From: Sporomusa sp. KB1
GTDB taxonomy: Bacteria > Bacillota > Negativicutes > Sporomusales > Sporomusaceae
Assembly (NCBI RefSeq): GCF_007830295.1
Contig: NZ_VLKC01000002.1
Location: 3,889,546-3,913,545 of the forward strand
DNA length: 24,000 nucleotides
Direction of reading: 5' to 3'
Shown: positions 1-10,320 of the stretch, in pieces
Numbering within the stretch: position 1 is the stretch's first letter
Layout: the number at the start of each line of letters is the position of its first letter
Position numbers and translations under genes: made by a program
Notes under the pieces: generated by a model
Told to the model about the DNA's origin: nothing
Database searches by the model: none
What the model saw: the letters and a program-made list of their open reading frames with translations, nothing else

Positions 1-852
1 AGTCATTATGCCAAGGCCGGTACCCCCACTATGGGCGGGGTATTGATTTTGCTGGCACTGATTATTCCCAGTTTGATTTTTGCGGGTAGCAATCCGGAAG
101 TATTATTGGCTTTATTTGTTACCTTAGGGCATGGTCTAATTGGATTTTTGGATGATTTTATTAAAGTGGTATTAAAACGCTCACTAGGTTTGAAAGCCAG
201 GCAAAAGCTGCTGGGGCAGATAATTATGGCCCTGGCCCTGTCTTATATTGCCAGTATTTATTTTGGACGTGGTACAGATTTATGGATACCTGTGTTAGGG
301 GCAAGTGTTGACTTTGGGGCCTTATATTATGTATTGATTTTTCTTGTGCTTGTCGGAACGACAAATGCGGTTAATCTTACTGATGGACTTGACGGCTTGG
401 CTGCAGGTACGACCACAGTGGCCGCGCTAGCGTATACAGTAATCGCCTTGTACTTTGGCAAACCATACTTAGCCATTTTTTGTGTAGCCTTGGCGGGAGC
501 CTGTCTTGGTTTTTTACGATACAATGCTCATCCGGCCAAAGTATTTATGGGTGATACCGGTTCGCTGGCTTTGGGTGGGGCGCTGGCTGCAGCGGCGGTA
601 TTGACTAGAACTGAATTCCTGCTTGTTATCGTTGGTGGTGTATTTGTAATTGAAGCGTTGTCTGTCATTATTCAAGTTATTTCGTTTAAATCAACCGGAA
701 AACGGGTATTCAAAATGAGTCCTATTCATCACCACTTTGAATTATCCGGTTGGTCGGAAACAAAAGTTGTGACAGTATTCTGGCTGGCAGGGACACTGTT
801 TGCCGCTATCGCATTAAGTATCTTGGCAGTTAGCCGGGCTGGAGGAATATAA
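1..852 (+). CDS. mraY: Phospho-N-acetylmuramoyl-pentapeptide transferase MraY, 5'-truncated by the window edge
   Basis: Frame 1 is open from base 1 (SHYAKAGTPTMGGV...) and contains the MraY GTPTMGG motif. Also present are the DDFIKV, NAVNLTDGLDGLA and MGDTGSLALGG motifs, with multiple TM segments. Stop is at 850-852. Confidence 0.95.
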   Translation, partial: SHYAKAGTPTMGGVLILLALIIPSLIFAGSNPEVLLALFVTLGHGLIGFLDDFIKVVLKRSLGLKARQKLLGQIIMALALSYIASIYFGRGTDLWIPVLGASVDFGALYYVLIFLVLVGTTNAVNLTDGLDGLAAGTTTVAALAYTVIALYFGKPYLAIFCVALAGACLGFLRYNAHPAKVFMGDTGSLALGGALAAAAVLTRTEFLLVIVGGVFVIEALSVIIQVISFKSTGKRVFKMSPIHHHFELSGWSETKVVTVFWLAGTLFAAIALSILAVSRAGGI

Positions 853-853
853 A

Positions 854-2221
854 TTGATTAGACAAACAGAATTCGCCAATAAAAAAGTTCTGGTATTAGG
901 CGCTGGTATCAGCGGGCTTTCCGTAGCTCAAATTTTGCAGCAGTTAGGCGCGAGTGTTGTTGTAAGTGATGCTAAAGCTATGGATCAATTTGAGCAGGAT
1001 TTTTCTGAACTGCAAGCGGGTGGTATTGCCTTTGTGATGGGACACCAGAATGAGAAACTACTGGATGACATAGACTATCTTGTGGTGTCTCCGGGTATAT
1101 CCATTTATATCCCGCTTGTTGTGGCTGCGCAAAACCGGGGTATTTGTGTTATGAGCGAAGTCGAGGTGGCTTATCGTTTGAGTGAGGCACCCATGATTGC
1201 GATTACGGGCACTAATGGTAAAACGACAACAACAACTTTGGTTGGCGAAATGCTTAAAACTACCGGTCACCAAGTTGGGGTAGGGGGTAATATTGGAGCC
1301 GCATTGTCTGAGCAGGCGCTTGCGGCCAGACCGGATGGCTTTGTTGTGGCAGAGATATCGAGCTTTCAACTTGAGGGTGTTAGCGAGTTTCGTCCCCACA
1401 TTGCTGCCATTTTGAACCTGACTCCTGATCATTTAGACCGGCATCATACGATGGAAGTTTATCAGCAAATGAAAGAGCAAGTATTTAGCAGACAAGAAGC
1501 TAGCGATTACTTAATTTTGAACTATGATGATATGGCTGTGCGCGGTATGGCTAAGCGGGCCAAGGGAAAAGTAGTATATTTTAGCCGTCAGCAGTGTCTT
1601 GCTGCTGGAATTTATATCGAAAATGGCAAGATCAAAATGAACCTGGATGGTAATAGTAGTGAGATCTGTGCTGTTAATGATATTAACATAAAGGGCGGCC
1701 ACAATGTGGAAAATGCATTAGCTGCCTGTGGAGTTGCTTATTTTGCCGGAGTTCGGCCTGAAGCAATGGCAGAAGTTCTTAAAACTTTTTCCGGTGTGGA
1801 GCACAGGATTGAGTTTACGGCTGAAATTGCTGGCATAGCCTATTATAATGATTCTAAAGCCACTAATCCTGAATCGGCGATAAAAGCGCTGGAAGCCTTT
1901 GACGGTCATATTATTCTCATTGCCGGTGGACGGGATAAGAATACAGATTTAACCGCATTTATGAAGCTGGCAAAAGAACGTGTGGATCATCTGATTCTGC
2001 TTGGAGAGGCTAAGCAGCGTTTCGCTGAGGCAGCGACGCAGCAGGGGGTGAACAATATTCATCAGGTGGCCACATTTGCCGAGGCAGTAACGCTGGCACA
2101 CAAGTTGGCGCAGCCACCACAGGTGGTAGTATTATCGCCTGCTTGTGCCAGTTATGATATGTTCAATAATTACGAGGAACGGGGGAAAGTCTTTAAGGAC
2201 TTGGTGCGCCAATTAGGGTAA
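854..2221 (+). CDS. murD: UDP-N-acetylmuramoylalanine--D-glutamate ligase MurD
   Basis: TTG start 1 nt after the mraY stop. N-terminal Rossmann motif VLGAGISG, Mur ligase P-loop ITGTNGKTTT, and the C-terminal NDSKATN motif. dcw synteny supports the call. Confidence 0.95.
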   Translation: MIRQTEFANKKVLVLGAGISGLSVAQILQQLGASVVVSDAKAMDQFEQDFSELQAGGIAFVMGHQNEKLLDDIDYLVVSPGISIYIPLVVAAQNRGICVMSEVEVAYRLSEAPMIAITGTNGKTTTTTLVGEMLKTTGHQVGVGGNIGAALSEQALAARPDGFVVAEISSFQLEGVSEFRPHIAAILNLTPDHLDRHHTMEVYQQMKEQVFSRQEASDYLILNYDDMAVRGMAKRAKGKVVYFSRQQCLAAGIYIENGKIKMNLDGNSSEICAVNDINIKGGHNVENALAACGVAYFAGVRPEAMAEVLKTFSGVEHRIEFTAEIAGIAYYNDSKATNPESAIKALEAFDGHIILIAGGRDKNTDLTAFMKLAKERVDHLILLGEAKQRFAEAATQQGVNNIHQVATFAEAVTLAHKLAQPPQVVVLSPACASYDMFNNYEERGKVFKDLVRQLG

Positions 2222-2233
2222 GGAGGGAGCAAG

Positions 2234-3337
2234 ATGGGAGTCAGACCTAAGTCGCCCGATTATGTCGTTTTTTTTGCCATTATGGGTTTGTTGGGTTTCG
2301 GGATAGTAATGGTCTATAGTTCCAGTGCTGTTTCTGCATATGTAAACTATAATGACAGTTTCTATTTTTTAAAACGACAGTTGATATGGGCTACACTAGG
2401 AATACTGACGATGTTGTTTACTATGAATATTGATTATCACGTGTGGCGCAAACTAGCCAAACCGATTATGATAATCACCTTGCTTTTATTGGTCTTGGTT
2501 CTTGTTCCTGGTTTAGGAAAGGTAGTCAACGGTGCCAGACGTTGGCTGGGGTTTGGTTCACTTTATCTACAACCGTCAGAAATTGCGAAATTAAGTATGG
2601 TACTGTTTACTGCCAATAGTTTGGCACGGTCACAAGATAAAATTGGTAACTTTGTTAAGGGGGTTATGCCCCAATTATTGATGCTGATACTGGTATTTGG
2701 ATTAATTTTGAAAGAGCCTGATTTAGGGACCGCGCTTGTTATTAGCGGAACGGTTTTTATTCTATTGTTTGCCTCAGGTGCTAAGCTTACGCACCTGGGG
2801 TCCTTGGGTGCTGCCGGCGTGCTCGGTATAATTACCGCAATTATTGCCGAACCCTACCGGCTAAAACGTTTGTTAGCTTTTAGTGATCCGTGGGCCGATC
2901 CATTAAATAGCGGCTACCATATCATTCAGTCCTTATATGCGATCGGCTCTGGCGGTCTGTTTGGTGTTGGTTTGGGGCGCAGCCGGGAAAAGTTCTTGTA
3001 TTTGCCTGAGCCTCATACTGACTTTATCTTTGCTATTTTGGGTGAGGAACTTGGCTTTATTGGTACAGCCACAGTTGTAATCCTATTTTTTCTATTTGCC
3101 TGGAGAGGTTTTAAAACAGCTATATCAGCGCCAGATATATATGGCAGCCTGCTGGCTGGAGGTATAACCAGTATGATTGTACTGCAGGCGCTTATGAACA
3201 TTGCCGTAGTTACAGCCTCAATGCCGGTAACAGGAATCCCATTGCCCTTCATTAGCTTCGGTGGTTCAGCCCTGATTTTCACGTTGGCTGCGGTGGGTAT
3301 ACTCCTTAATATTTCCCGGTATGTCAGCTTGAAATGA
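2234..3337 (+). CDS. spoVE: SEDS-family peptidoglycan polymerase (FtsW/SpoVE); synteny matches Bacillus spoVE
   Basis: 367 aa polytopic membrane protein. RBS AAGGAGGG lies upstream. SEDS motifs QPSEIAK, EPDLGT, LPEPHTDFIFA and GIPLPFISFGGS are present. It sits between murD and murG. Confidence 0.88.
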   Translation: MGVRPKSPDYVVFFAIMGLLGFGIVMVYSSSAVSAYVNYNDSFYFLKRQLIWATLGILTMLFTMNIDYHVWRKLAKPIMIITLLLLVLVLVPGLGKVVNGARRWLGFGSLYLQPSEIAKLSMVLFTANSLARSQDKIGNFVKGVMPQLLMLILVFGLILKEPDLGTALVISGTVFILLFASGAKLTHLGSLGAAGVLGIITAIIAEPYRLKRLLAFSDPWADPLNSGYHIIQSLYAIGSGGLFGVGLGRSREKFLYLPEPHTDFIFAILGEELGFIGTATVVILFFLFAWRGFKTAISAPDIYGSLLAGGITSMIVLQALMNIAVVTASMPVTGIPLPFISFGGSALIFTLAAVGILLNISRYVSLK

Positions 3338-3354
3338 ATGTAGGGGGCAAGGTT

Positions 3355-4473
3355 ATGCGAATTATTATTTCTGGCGGGGGAACAGGTGGGCACATCTACC
3401 CCGCCATTACTATCGCCAGAGAGGTAGCCAAGTTAGCAGATAACTGCGAGATACTATTTGTGGGGACGAAGCATGGGCTGGAAGCAGATATCATTCCGAA
3501 GGAAGGTTTTCCCTTTGCTACTATCGAAGTACGCGGCCTAGAACGGCGGTTGTCCTGGCAGAATGTCCGAACACTCTTTACTACCGTAGGAAGTGTTTGG
3601 AATTCTGCTCAAATTATAAAAAAATTTCGCCCTGACGTTGTTATTGGTACTGGTGGTTATGTATGTGGTCCGGTGCTTTTAGCGGCCAGCTTGCTAAAAA
3701 TACCAACCATTATTCAAGAACAAAATGTTATACCTGGCATCACGAATAAAATTTTATCCCGGTTTGTTGATAAAATTGCTTTAGGCTATCAAGATGCTGC
3801 AGCTTATTTTACTAAATGCAGGCCTGAGCAAATTGTAGTTACCGGTAATCCTATTAGACCGGAGGTCATGTCCGCTAAACGGGAAGAAGGGTTGACTGAA
3901 CTCGGACTTGCGCCTGATAAACTCACTGTTTTGGTAGTTGGAGGAAGCCGGGGGGCTCGCAGTATTAATAAGGCGATGTCTGGTGTGTACAACCATTTTA
4001 GCGGCAATTCACAGATTCAAATATTGCATGTAACAGGACAAAGCGAGTATAATAGCATGGTTGGCAATAGTAAGCAATCTGGTATAGAGCTATCCAGTGC
4101 TGGTAATATTATCATCAAACCATATTTATATAATATGCCGTTAGCTTTGGCGGCTGCTGATTTAGCTATTTTCAGAGCTGGAGCAGTCGGTTTGGCTGAA
4201 TTAACAGCGCGCGGCATTCCAGCAATTTTGATACCATACCCCTATGCTGCAGAAAACCATCAGGAGTTTAATGCCAGAGCTTTAGAAAAGCAGGGGGCAG
4301 CAGTAGTAATTATCGACAAAGAACTGACAGATAGTAAACTGATAGATACTATCAAACAGCTGCTAGATAATCCGGAAGTACTTTCAAGTATGGCTAAGAA
4401 AAGTAAAGAGTTAGGTTGCCCACAGGCGGCAGAAACAATTGCCCGGCTGGCACTTAGTCTGAAAAAACCTTAA
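3355..4473 (+). CDS. murG: Undecaprenyldiphospho-muramoylpentapeptide beta-N-acetylglucosaminyltransferase MurG
   Basis: The GGGTGGHIYPA motif lies near the N-terminus, with GGYV, GGSRGA and a C-terminal GT-B fold pattern. I prefer the ATG at 3355 (RBS AGGGGGCAAGG just upstream) over the in-frame ATG at 3334 from the ORF track. Confidence 0.93.
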   Translation: MRIIISGGGTGGHIYPAITIAREVAKLADNCEILFVGTKHGLEADIIPKEGFPFATIEVRGLERRLSWQNVRTLFTTVGSVWNSAQIIKKFRPDVVIGTGGYVCGPVLLAASLLKIPTIIQEQNVIPGITNKILSRFVDKIALGYQDAAAYFTKCRPEQIVVTGNPIRPEVMSAKREEGLTELGLAPDKLTVLVVGGSRGARSINKAMSGVYNHFSGNSQIQILHVTGQSEYNSMVGNSKQSGIELSSAGNIIIKPYLYNMPLALAAADLAIFRAGAVGLAELTARGIPAILIPYPYAAENHQEFNARALEKQGAAVVIIDKELTDSKLIDTIKQLLDNPEVLSSMAKKSKELGCPQAAETIARLALSLKKP

Positions 4474-4615
4474 TCTTGCTAATAAGGTAACATCAGGTGC
4501 CAAGAGTGCATACACTATGGTATGCCAAAGCGGCAGCTAGATAGGCTAGGGAATAACTCTTTCTGCAGATATAGGCGCTGGAGTTACTGGTGCGCAAGAA
4601 AGGGGAGAAATACTG

Positions 4616-6001
4616 TTGTTAGATAATATAAAAAGAATTCATTTTGTTGGTATTGGTGGCTCAGGTATGAGCTCTATTGCGAAGGTACTGCTGGAAATGG
4701 GGTATACTGTGTCTGGTTCTGATGCTCAGGAATCAGCCGTTACCACAAAACTTGCTCAAGCTGGCGCGAGAGTGCATATTAGCCACAGTTACGAAAATAT
4801 TGGTGATACGCAAGCTGTAGTTGTTTCTACTGCAATCCCTGAGACCAATCCGGAGGTAAAGGCTGCCAGGGACAAGGAAATACCTGTATATCACCGGGCC
4901 GATGTGCTGGCATTTTTAATGTCTAAACAGCGGGGAATAGCTGTAGCTGGTGCGCATGGCAAGACTACAACGACGTCAATGATTGCTCTGATGTTGGAAC
5001 AGGCAGGTACAGATCCGACCATAGTCATTGGTGGTGAGCTGGAATCAATAGGCGGCAGCGCAAAACTTGGTCACGGTTCCTATTTGGTGGCAGAAGCCGA
5101 TGAAAGTGATGGCTCCTTTTTGAAACTTTCACCACAGATTGCCATTGTAACCAACATTGAAAACGATCATATGGATTACTACAAAACTATGGATAATATA
5201 TTGCGTACCTTTGATAAATTCTTGCATCAGCTTGCGCCGGCAGAGGGGATAGCTATTTTATGTTTTGATAATTCCTATGTAAGAAATATAGCTTCTAAGC
5301 TTGAAAGACGCTATATATCTTATGCGCTTGAGCATGAGGCAGATGTTGTCGCCCGCAATATAAAATCCGACGGTCCAGTTTCAACCTTCGATGTATACCA
5401 TCAAGGCAATCTTTTAGGCACAGCTAAAATCTGTGTACCAGGAATCCATAATGTATCTAATGCGTTAGCTGCGGTTGCTGTAGGTATTTATGCCGGGTTA
5501 AGTTTTGCACAAATTGTCGAAGGCCTTGGCCTATTTCAGGGAGCAAAACGCCGGTTTCAGACAAAAGGACGGGTTAATGGCGTATGGGTAGTGGATGATT
5601 ACGCCCATCATCCTACTGAAATTAGCACTACCTTACTCGGTGCACGCCAAACAGAACCTAAGCGGCTAATTTGTGTTTTTCAACCGCACCGGTATACCCG
5701 TACGAATTTTCTGCGAAAAGAGTTTGGTGCGGCATTTTCGCAAGCTGATTTGTTAATTCTTACCGATATTTATTCAGCTGGTGAACAGCCTATTCCTGGC
5801 GTCAGCGGGGAAACGATTAAGAATGAAATTGAACAGCAAACCAATCAGCGGGTAACTTATGTACCAGATAAAGGTAAAATTGCGCGTTATTTGAATGAAA
5901 TTGTTGAACCAGGAGATTTAGTAATGACTATGGGGGCCGGCAATATTTACCAAGTGGGTGAAGAGTTGGTAGAAAAACTCACGCAAGCGAATAATGTGTA
6001 G
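4616..6001 (+). CDS. murC: UDP-N-acetylmuramate--L-alanine ligase MurC
   Basis: TTG start with RBS AGGGGAG. Motifs HFVGIGGSGMS, GAHGKTTTTSM and DDYAHHPTEI are typical of MurC. Confidence 0.95.
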   Translation: MLDNIKRIHFVGIGGSGMSSIAKVLLEMGYTVSGSDAQESAVTTKLAQAGARVHISHSYENIGDTQAVVVSTAIPETNPEVKAARDKEIPVYHRADVLAFLMSKQRGIAVAGAHGKTTTTSMIALMLEQAGTDPTIVIGGELESIGGSAKLGHGSYLVAEADESDGSFLKLSPQIAIVTNIENDHMDYYKTMDNILRTFDKFLHQLAPAEGIAILCFDNSYVRNIASKLERRYISYALEHEADVVARNIKSDGPVSTFDVYHQGNLLGTAKICVPGIHNVSNALAAVAVGIYAGLSFAQIVEGLGLFQGAKRRFQTKGRVNGVWVVDDYAHHPTEISTTLLGARQTEPKRLICVFQPHRYTRTNFLRKEFGAAFSQADLLILTDIYSAGEQPIPGVSGETIKNEIEQQTNQRVTYVPDKGKIARYLNEIVEPGDLVMTMGAGNIYQVGEELVEKLTQANNV

Positions 6002-6068
6002 TTAGCTAGAGATTAGATTATATTAGAGAAGAGTAAAGGGTGATTGTACTTTTCTGGGAGGGAAGACG

Positions 6069-7313
6069 ATGGAGAAATTTATCGTCAAAGGAGAAGTACA
6101 ACTAAGTGGCAACGTCCGGATAAGCGGGGCGAAAAATGCTACTTTGCCAATTATGGCAGCAACGCTTCTGTGTTCTGGTATCAGTGTTATCCATGATGTT
6201 CCGTATTTGCGCGATATCCAAGCCATGCAGGATATTTTGATATTGCTTGGCGCTAAGATACGCAGGCAAGGTCATACCATGCTAATCGATACCAGCAATG
6301 TGAGTAAAGTTGAAATACCTGAACATTTGATGCGGGAAATGCGTGCTTCAGTTTTTTTGATGGGGCCGCTTTTGGGAAGATTTCGCAAAGTCAGACTGTC
6401 CTATCCAGGTGGTTGTGCTATCGGTCCTAGGCCAATTAATCTACATATCAAGGCATTAGAGAAAATCGGTGCAATTGTTGATGAAAGTTTTGGTTTTATT
6501 GATGCTGAGGCGAAAGAGTTAACCGGCGGTGAAATAAATTTTGATTTTCCCAGTGTTGGTGCTACAGAAAATGCGATGATGGCGGCCGCGCTGGCCAAAG
6601 GTACTACGATTATCCGCAATGCAGCGCGTGAACCTGAAATTGTTGATCTGCAGGCTATCTTAAATAAAATGGGAGCAAGAATCAATGGTGCAGGCACTGA
6701 TACGATTAGAGTTGATGGCGTAGCCCGGCTGGTTCCGGCAGAACATACAGTAATGTGTGATAGAATTGAGGCTGGTACTTTTTTAACCGCAGGCGTTATG
6801 ACACGTGGTGATATTGTAGTTGAGAATGTCGTTCCTGAATATTTATTCTCAGTTACTGATAAACTGCAGGATATTGGGGCGAAAATAATAACTGGTAAGG
6901 ATTATATCAGGATAAAGGCAGGCGAAGTCAGGGGTGTAGATATAAAGACGCTGCCATATCCTGGATTTCCTACCGATTTGCAAGCACCGATGTTGTCATT
7001 GGTTACCATTGCTAAAGGTACTAGCATTATCACGGAAACTATTTTTGAAAATCGGTTTAAGCATGTTGATGAGCTTACCCGGATGGGAGCTAAAATTAAG
7101 GTTGAAGGACGAACCGCTATTATTCGCGGGGTGGCGAAATTGACTGGCGCCATTGTGGCTGCCCCTGATTTGCGGGCTGGCAGTGCGCTGGTATTAGCCG
7201 CTTTAGCAGCAGAAGGAACCTCAGAAATTGAGCAGGTATATCATATTGAGCGTGGTTATGAAAATTTAGATAAAAAATTGCAAGCATTAGGAGCAAATAT
7301 TGTAAAGGTGTAA
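6069..7313 (+). CDS. murA: UDP-N-acetylglucosamine 1-carboxyvinyltransferase MurA
   Basis: RBS GGGAGGG. Motifs ISGAKNA and the active-site loop PGGCAIGPRPINLH are present, with EPSP-synthase-like repeats and a C-terminal DLRAGSALVLAAL...IERGYE. Confidence 0.95.
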   Translation: MEKFIVKGEVQLSGNVRISGAKNATLPIMAATLLCSGISVIHDVPYLRDIQAMQDILILLGAKIRRQGHTMLIDTSNVSKVEIPEHLMREMRASVFLMGPLLGRFRKVRLSYPGGCAIGPRPINLHIKALEKIGAIVDESFGFIDAEAKELTGGEINFDFPSVGATENAMMAAALAKGTTIIRNAAREPEIVDLQAILNKMGARINGAGTDTIRVDGVARLVPAEHTVMCDRIEAGTFLTAGVMTRGDIVVENVVPEYLFSVTDKLQDIGAKIITGKDYIRIKAGEVRGVDIKTLPYPGFPTDLQAPMLSLVTIAKGTSIITETIFENRFKHVDELTRMGAKIKVEGRTAIIRGVAKLTGAIVAAPDLRAGSALVLAALAAEGTSEIEQVYHIERGYENLDKKLQALGANIVKV

Positions 7314-7335
7314 GGGAGATAAAGGGGGACTTTTT

Positions 7336-8268
7336 ATGAAAGATAAAAAAATTGCAGTTGTTATGGGTGGACCGTCTGCAGAAAGGGAAGTATCTCTGAA
7401 TACGGGGCGGGCCATTCTAGCGGCGTTAAAAGAAAAAGGTTATCATGCCGTTGGCATCGACCTTGACCCCCGAAAATTAGTTGAGCAACTGGAACAAGAG
7501 CAGATCGAGGTCGTATTTAACGCTATTCATGGCCTTTATGGTGAAGATGGTTTGCTGCAAGGCACGCTGGAAATGTTAGGCATACCTTATACCGGCTCAG
7601 GTGTATTGGCTAGTGCGATGGCAATGGATAAAACAGTAAGCAAACGATTGTTTATGTCAGCAGGAATACCAACTCCGCGGTCGCGGTTATATACTAAACA
7701 GGATGTTGACCTTGCTGTGTTGACAAAAGAGATTCAAGAGGTATTCGGCACACCTGTGGTAGTAAAAGCGGCTGCGCAGGGATCAAGTATTGGCGTGATC
7801 ATCGTTGAAGATGCTGCAGACATTGTAGTTGCTGTAACAGAGGCTTTTAAATATAGCGGTCATATTGTAGTTGAAGAATTTATAAAAGGAAAAGAATTGA
7901 CTGTTTCTATACTTGGCAGTGAACAGCCGAAAGCATTACCGATCATCGAAATAGTGCCCCAATCAGGACGATATGATTATACATCTAAATACACTAAAGG
8001 CGCGACAGAGTATATAGTACCAGCTCGGTTAGAAGCCAAGGTTGCGGAGCATATCCAGCACATAGCGCTTGATGCCTATAAGTTATTGGGCTGCCGGGGA
8101 ATTGGGCGGGTTGATGTGATGCTCAGTGACGATAATCAGCCATACGTTTTGGAAATTAACACAATTCCAGGGATGACAGCTACTAGTTTAGTACCTAAAG
8201 CTGCTGCTGCTGTTGGCATAGGTTTTGCCGAATTGTGTGAGCAGATACTGCAGATGGTGACTGATTGA
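7336..8268 (+). CDS. ddl: D-alanine--D-alanine ligase
   Basis: 310 aa. Motifs GGPSAEREVSL, HGLYGEDGLLQG, ATP-grasp GSSIG and EINTIPGMT are present. Confidence 0.95.
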   Translation: MKDKKIAVVMGGPSAEREVSLNTGRAILAALKEKGYHAVGIDLDPRKLVEQLEQEQIEVVFNAIHGLYGEDGLLQGTLEMLGIPYTGSGVLASAMAMDKTVSKRLFMSAGIPTPRSRLYTKQDVDLAVLTKEIQEVFGTPVVVKAAAQGSSIGVIIVEDAADIVVAVTEAFKYSGHIVVEEFIKGKELTVSILGSEQPKALPIIEIVPQSGRYDYTSKYTKGATEYIVPARLEAKVAEHIQHIALDAYKLLGCRGIGRVDVMLSDDNQPYVLEINTIPGMTATSLVPKAAAAVGIGFAELCEQILQMVTD

Positions 8269-8275
8269 AAAAATT

Positions 8276-8301
8276 GGGCAGTATTTACTGCTCATTTTTT
8301 T
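8276..8301 (+). terminator. Rho-independent terminator-like hairpin after ddl
   Basis: GGGCAGT-ATTT-ACTGCTC forms a 7-bp stem including one G-T pair, followed by ATTTTTTTATTT. Confidence 0.55.
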
Positions 8302-8362
8302 ATTTATTTAGTGGACAATACGTTGTATAATTACTGCAGAAGATGTCTACAGGAGTGATTGT

Positions 8363-9109
8363 ATGCAGACCGCAGAACGCTTGAAAGCAGCTAGAAAGCG
8401 GCGCGCTTCTATATTGGCGTTGTGGCTGGCGGCGCTGATAGTATTAATAGCTATTTTTTTATTTATTAATTCTCCCTATTTTATTGTTGGGACAGTAGTG
8501 GTTGAGGGCAATAAATATGTAACTGTTGAAGAAGTGCTGCGAATAGCTGGAGTTCCAGAAAAAATAAATATCTTTAGACTAAAACCTGCAGAAATTAAAG
8601 AGCGGTTGACTAGTGATCTGCGTGTGGATGAGGTTAAGGTTGAGAGAAATTTTCCGGCTACGATTACTATTCATATCGAGGAACGCCAGCCGTTGGCTTT
8701 TGTTGCCAGTCAGTATGGTTTTGTAGAAATTGACCGGCAAGGTATAGTAATGGTTGCATTTAAAAACCTAAAGCAGGTAAAAGTGCCTGTTATTACTGGT
8801 GTTCGGTTGGGAAATGTTTATGTTGGCGATCAGATAAATAATCCGGGGCTTGCTAATGTTTTAACCTATTTATCCGAACTGGATGAAGGAGCATTAAACC
8901 AATTATCAGAAGTAAACATTAAATCACCGGATGAGCTTGTTGTTTACACTACAAATTCAGTTTGCATTCGGATTGGAGATAATCAGCGTCTCATAGAAAA
9001 AGCTAAGCTTACAGCTGAAATTTTACAGGAAATAGCTGCAAAAAAAATGGCTGTCGAGTATGTCGATCTAAACTATACCTCCCCAATTATTAAAATACGT
9101 AATAAATAG
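8363..9109 (+). CDS. ftsQ: Cell division protein FtsQ/DivIB (POTRA domain)
   Basis: RBS AGGAG. N-terminal basic region plus a single TM segment (ILALWLAALIVLIAIFLFI). A POTRA-like segment (VVEGNKYVTVEEVL...) follows. Conserved position upstream of ftsA. Confidence 0.85.
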   Translation: MQTAERLKAARKRRASILALWLAALIVLIAIFLFINSPYFIVGTVVVEGNKYVTVEEVLRIAGVPEKINIFRLKPAEIKERLTSDLRVDEVKVERNFPATITIHIEERQPLAFVASQYGFVEIDRQGIVMVAFKNLKQVKVPVITGVRLGNVYVGDQINNPGLANVLTYLSELDEGALNQLSEVNIKSPDELVVYTTNSVCIRIGDNQRLIEKAKLTAEILQEIAAKKMAVEYVDLNYTSPIIKIRNK

Positions 9110-9136
9110 GGTTCAATTTTGAAAGGAGACGATATT

Positions 9137-9829
9137 TTGTTACCCATCAAGCAAGGGCAGCTTGCCATTGCCCTGGTCTGCGTAGTATTGGGCATTATGC
9201 TGGCGGTGCAATTCCGTACTACGCAAGACATTAAGTCAAGTATTCCCTATCAAAGGGTTGAGGACTTATCCCAACGGCTAAGTCAGACCGAAAAGGAGCG
9301 GGACGCGCTAGTTAATCAAGTTCAAGAATTAAAGCGTACTTCAGGCGCTGAAGCCGCGTCTAAGGAATTTGAGAGGATAAAGATGGGGGCCGGTGTAGTA
9401 GCTGTCGAAGGACCTGGTATTATTGTAACAATTGATGATAGTAAGCGGCCATCTAAGCCGGGGGAAAACCCTAATTTGTATCTGATTCACGATGATGATA
9501 TCCTTAAAGTGATTAATGAATTGTGGGCAGCAGGTGCGGAAGCTATGTCGATTAACGAACAACGGCTTATTGCCAGTTCCGAAATTCGTTGTGCCGGGCC
9601 AACGTTATCAGTCAATAATTCGCGCTATTCACCACCCTATGAAGTTCGCGTTATTGGTGAGCCAACAACATTAGAGAATGCACTAAAAATGCGTGGCGGT
9701 GTGATTGAAACCTTACAGTTTTGGGGTATTCAGGTAACAATCAAAACGCAAGAAGTAGTAAAAGTTCCGGCATTTAAGGGCACTTTTCGGTTTGAACTCG
9801 CCAAGCCGGCACAGGAAGGTGGTCTTTAG
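9137..9829 (+). CDS. DUF881-family division/sporulation-associated membrane protein (YlxW/YlxX-like)
   Basis: One N-terminal TM segment, a short coiled-coil stretch and a conserved C-terminal domain, in the same position as B. subtilis ylxW/ylxX between divIB and sbp. The TTG at 9137 has AGGAG 8 nt upstream. The ORF-track start at 9119 lacks an RBS. Confidence 0.72.
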   Translation: MLPIKQGQLAIALVCVVLGIMLAVQFRTTQDIKSSIPYQRVEDLSQRLSQTEKERDALVNQVQELKRTSGAEAASKEFERIKMGAGVVAVEGPGIIVTIDDSKRPSKPGENPNLYLIHDDDILKVINELWAAGAEAMSINEQRLIASSEIRCAGPTLSVNNSRYSPPYEVRVIGEPTTLENALKMRGGVIETLQFWGIQVTIKTQEVVKVPAFKGTFRFELAKPAQEGGL

Positions 9830-9830
9830 T

Positions 9831-10160
9831 ATGGCATTGCCGATTGCCGGACTTATTATAGGTGTACTTATAGGTATATCTTTTCCGATTACAGTGCCTG
9901 TAGAATATGCTAAGTTTCTGTCAGTGGCGTTGCTGGCATCGCTTGATTCTGTGTTTGGTGGACTAAGAGCAGGCAGTGAAGAAAAATTTGACAATACGAT
10001 ATTTATCACCGGCTTTTTTACAAATGCTTTGTTGGCCGCAGGCTTGGTGTATATTGGCGACCGTCTGGGAATTGACTTATATTATGTTGCTCTATTGGCG
10101 TTTGGCTTACGGATATTTCAAAATCTAGCAATCATTCGTCGTTATTTTTTAAAAAAATAA
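9831..10160 (+). CDS. sbp: Small basic protein Sbp (DUF1290)
   Basis: From the ATG at 9831 the product MALPIAGLIIGVLIG...SLDSVFGGLRA...FGLRIFQNLAIIRR aligns by eye along its length with B. subtilis Sbp. The ORF-track start at 9792 would overlap the upstream gene and adds non-conserved residues. Confidence 0.85.
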   Translation: MALPIAGLIIGVLIGISFPITVPVEYAKFLSVALLASLDSVFGGLRAGSEEKFDNTIFITGFFTNALLAAGLVYIGDRLGIDLYYVALLAFGLRIFQNLAIIRRYFLKK

Positions 10161-10165
10161 TAAAA

Positions 10166-10217
10166 AAGCTTCAAAGTCATCCTAGCATCGTTTTGGCTTT
10201 GAAGCTTTCTTTATGTT
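10166..10217 (+). terminator. Hairpin terminator after sbp
   Basis: Perfect 11-bp stem AAGCTTCAAAG (10166-10176) / CTTTGAAGCTT (10197-10207) with a 20-nt loop, followed by TCTTTATGTTT. Confidence 0.6.
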
Positions 10218-10320
10218 TAAATGTAAAATAAATATAGATTTTTCGGTTTAAAAAAAGGGAAAATGGCACTTTTGTTGAAACTATTCTTGAAGAAACATAA
10301 TACTGTGCTGCGAGGGAGTT

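Noticed and set aside
4474-4615. 142-bp murG-murC intergenic region with short hairpins (GCATAC-N7-GTATGC; CTAG-ATAGG-CTAG).
   Set aside because: The stems are short, no U tract follows them, and I recognise no RNA motif. It is probably just an internal promoter/RBS region, so no feature is called.
10255-10300. Possible sigma-A promoter for ftsA (TTGAAA-N17-TAATAC or TTGTTG-N18-CATAAT), and a possible ftsQ promoter near 8303-8331 (TTTATT-N17-TATAAT).
   Set aside because: Several overlapping weak hexamer combinations occur in AT-rich DNA, and I cannot choose among them from sequence alone.
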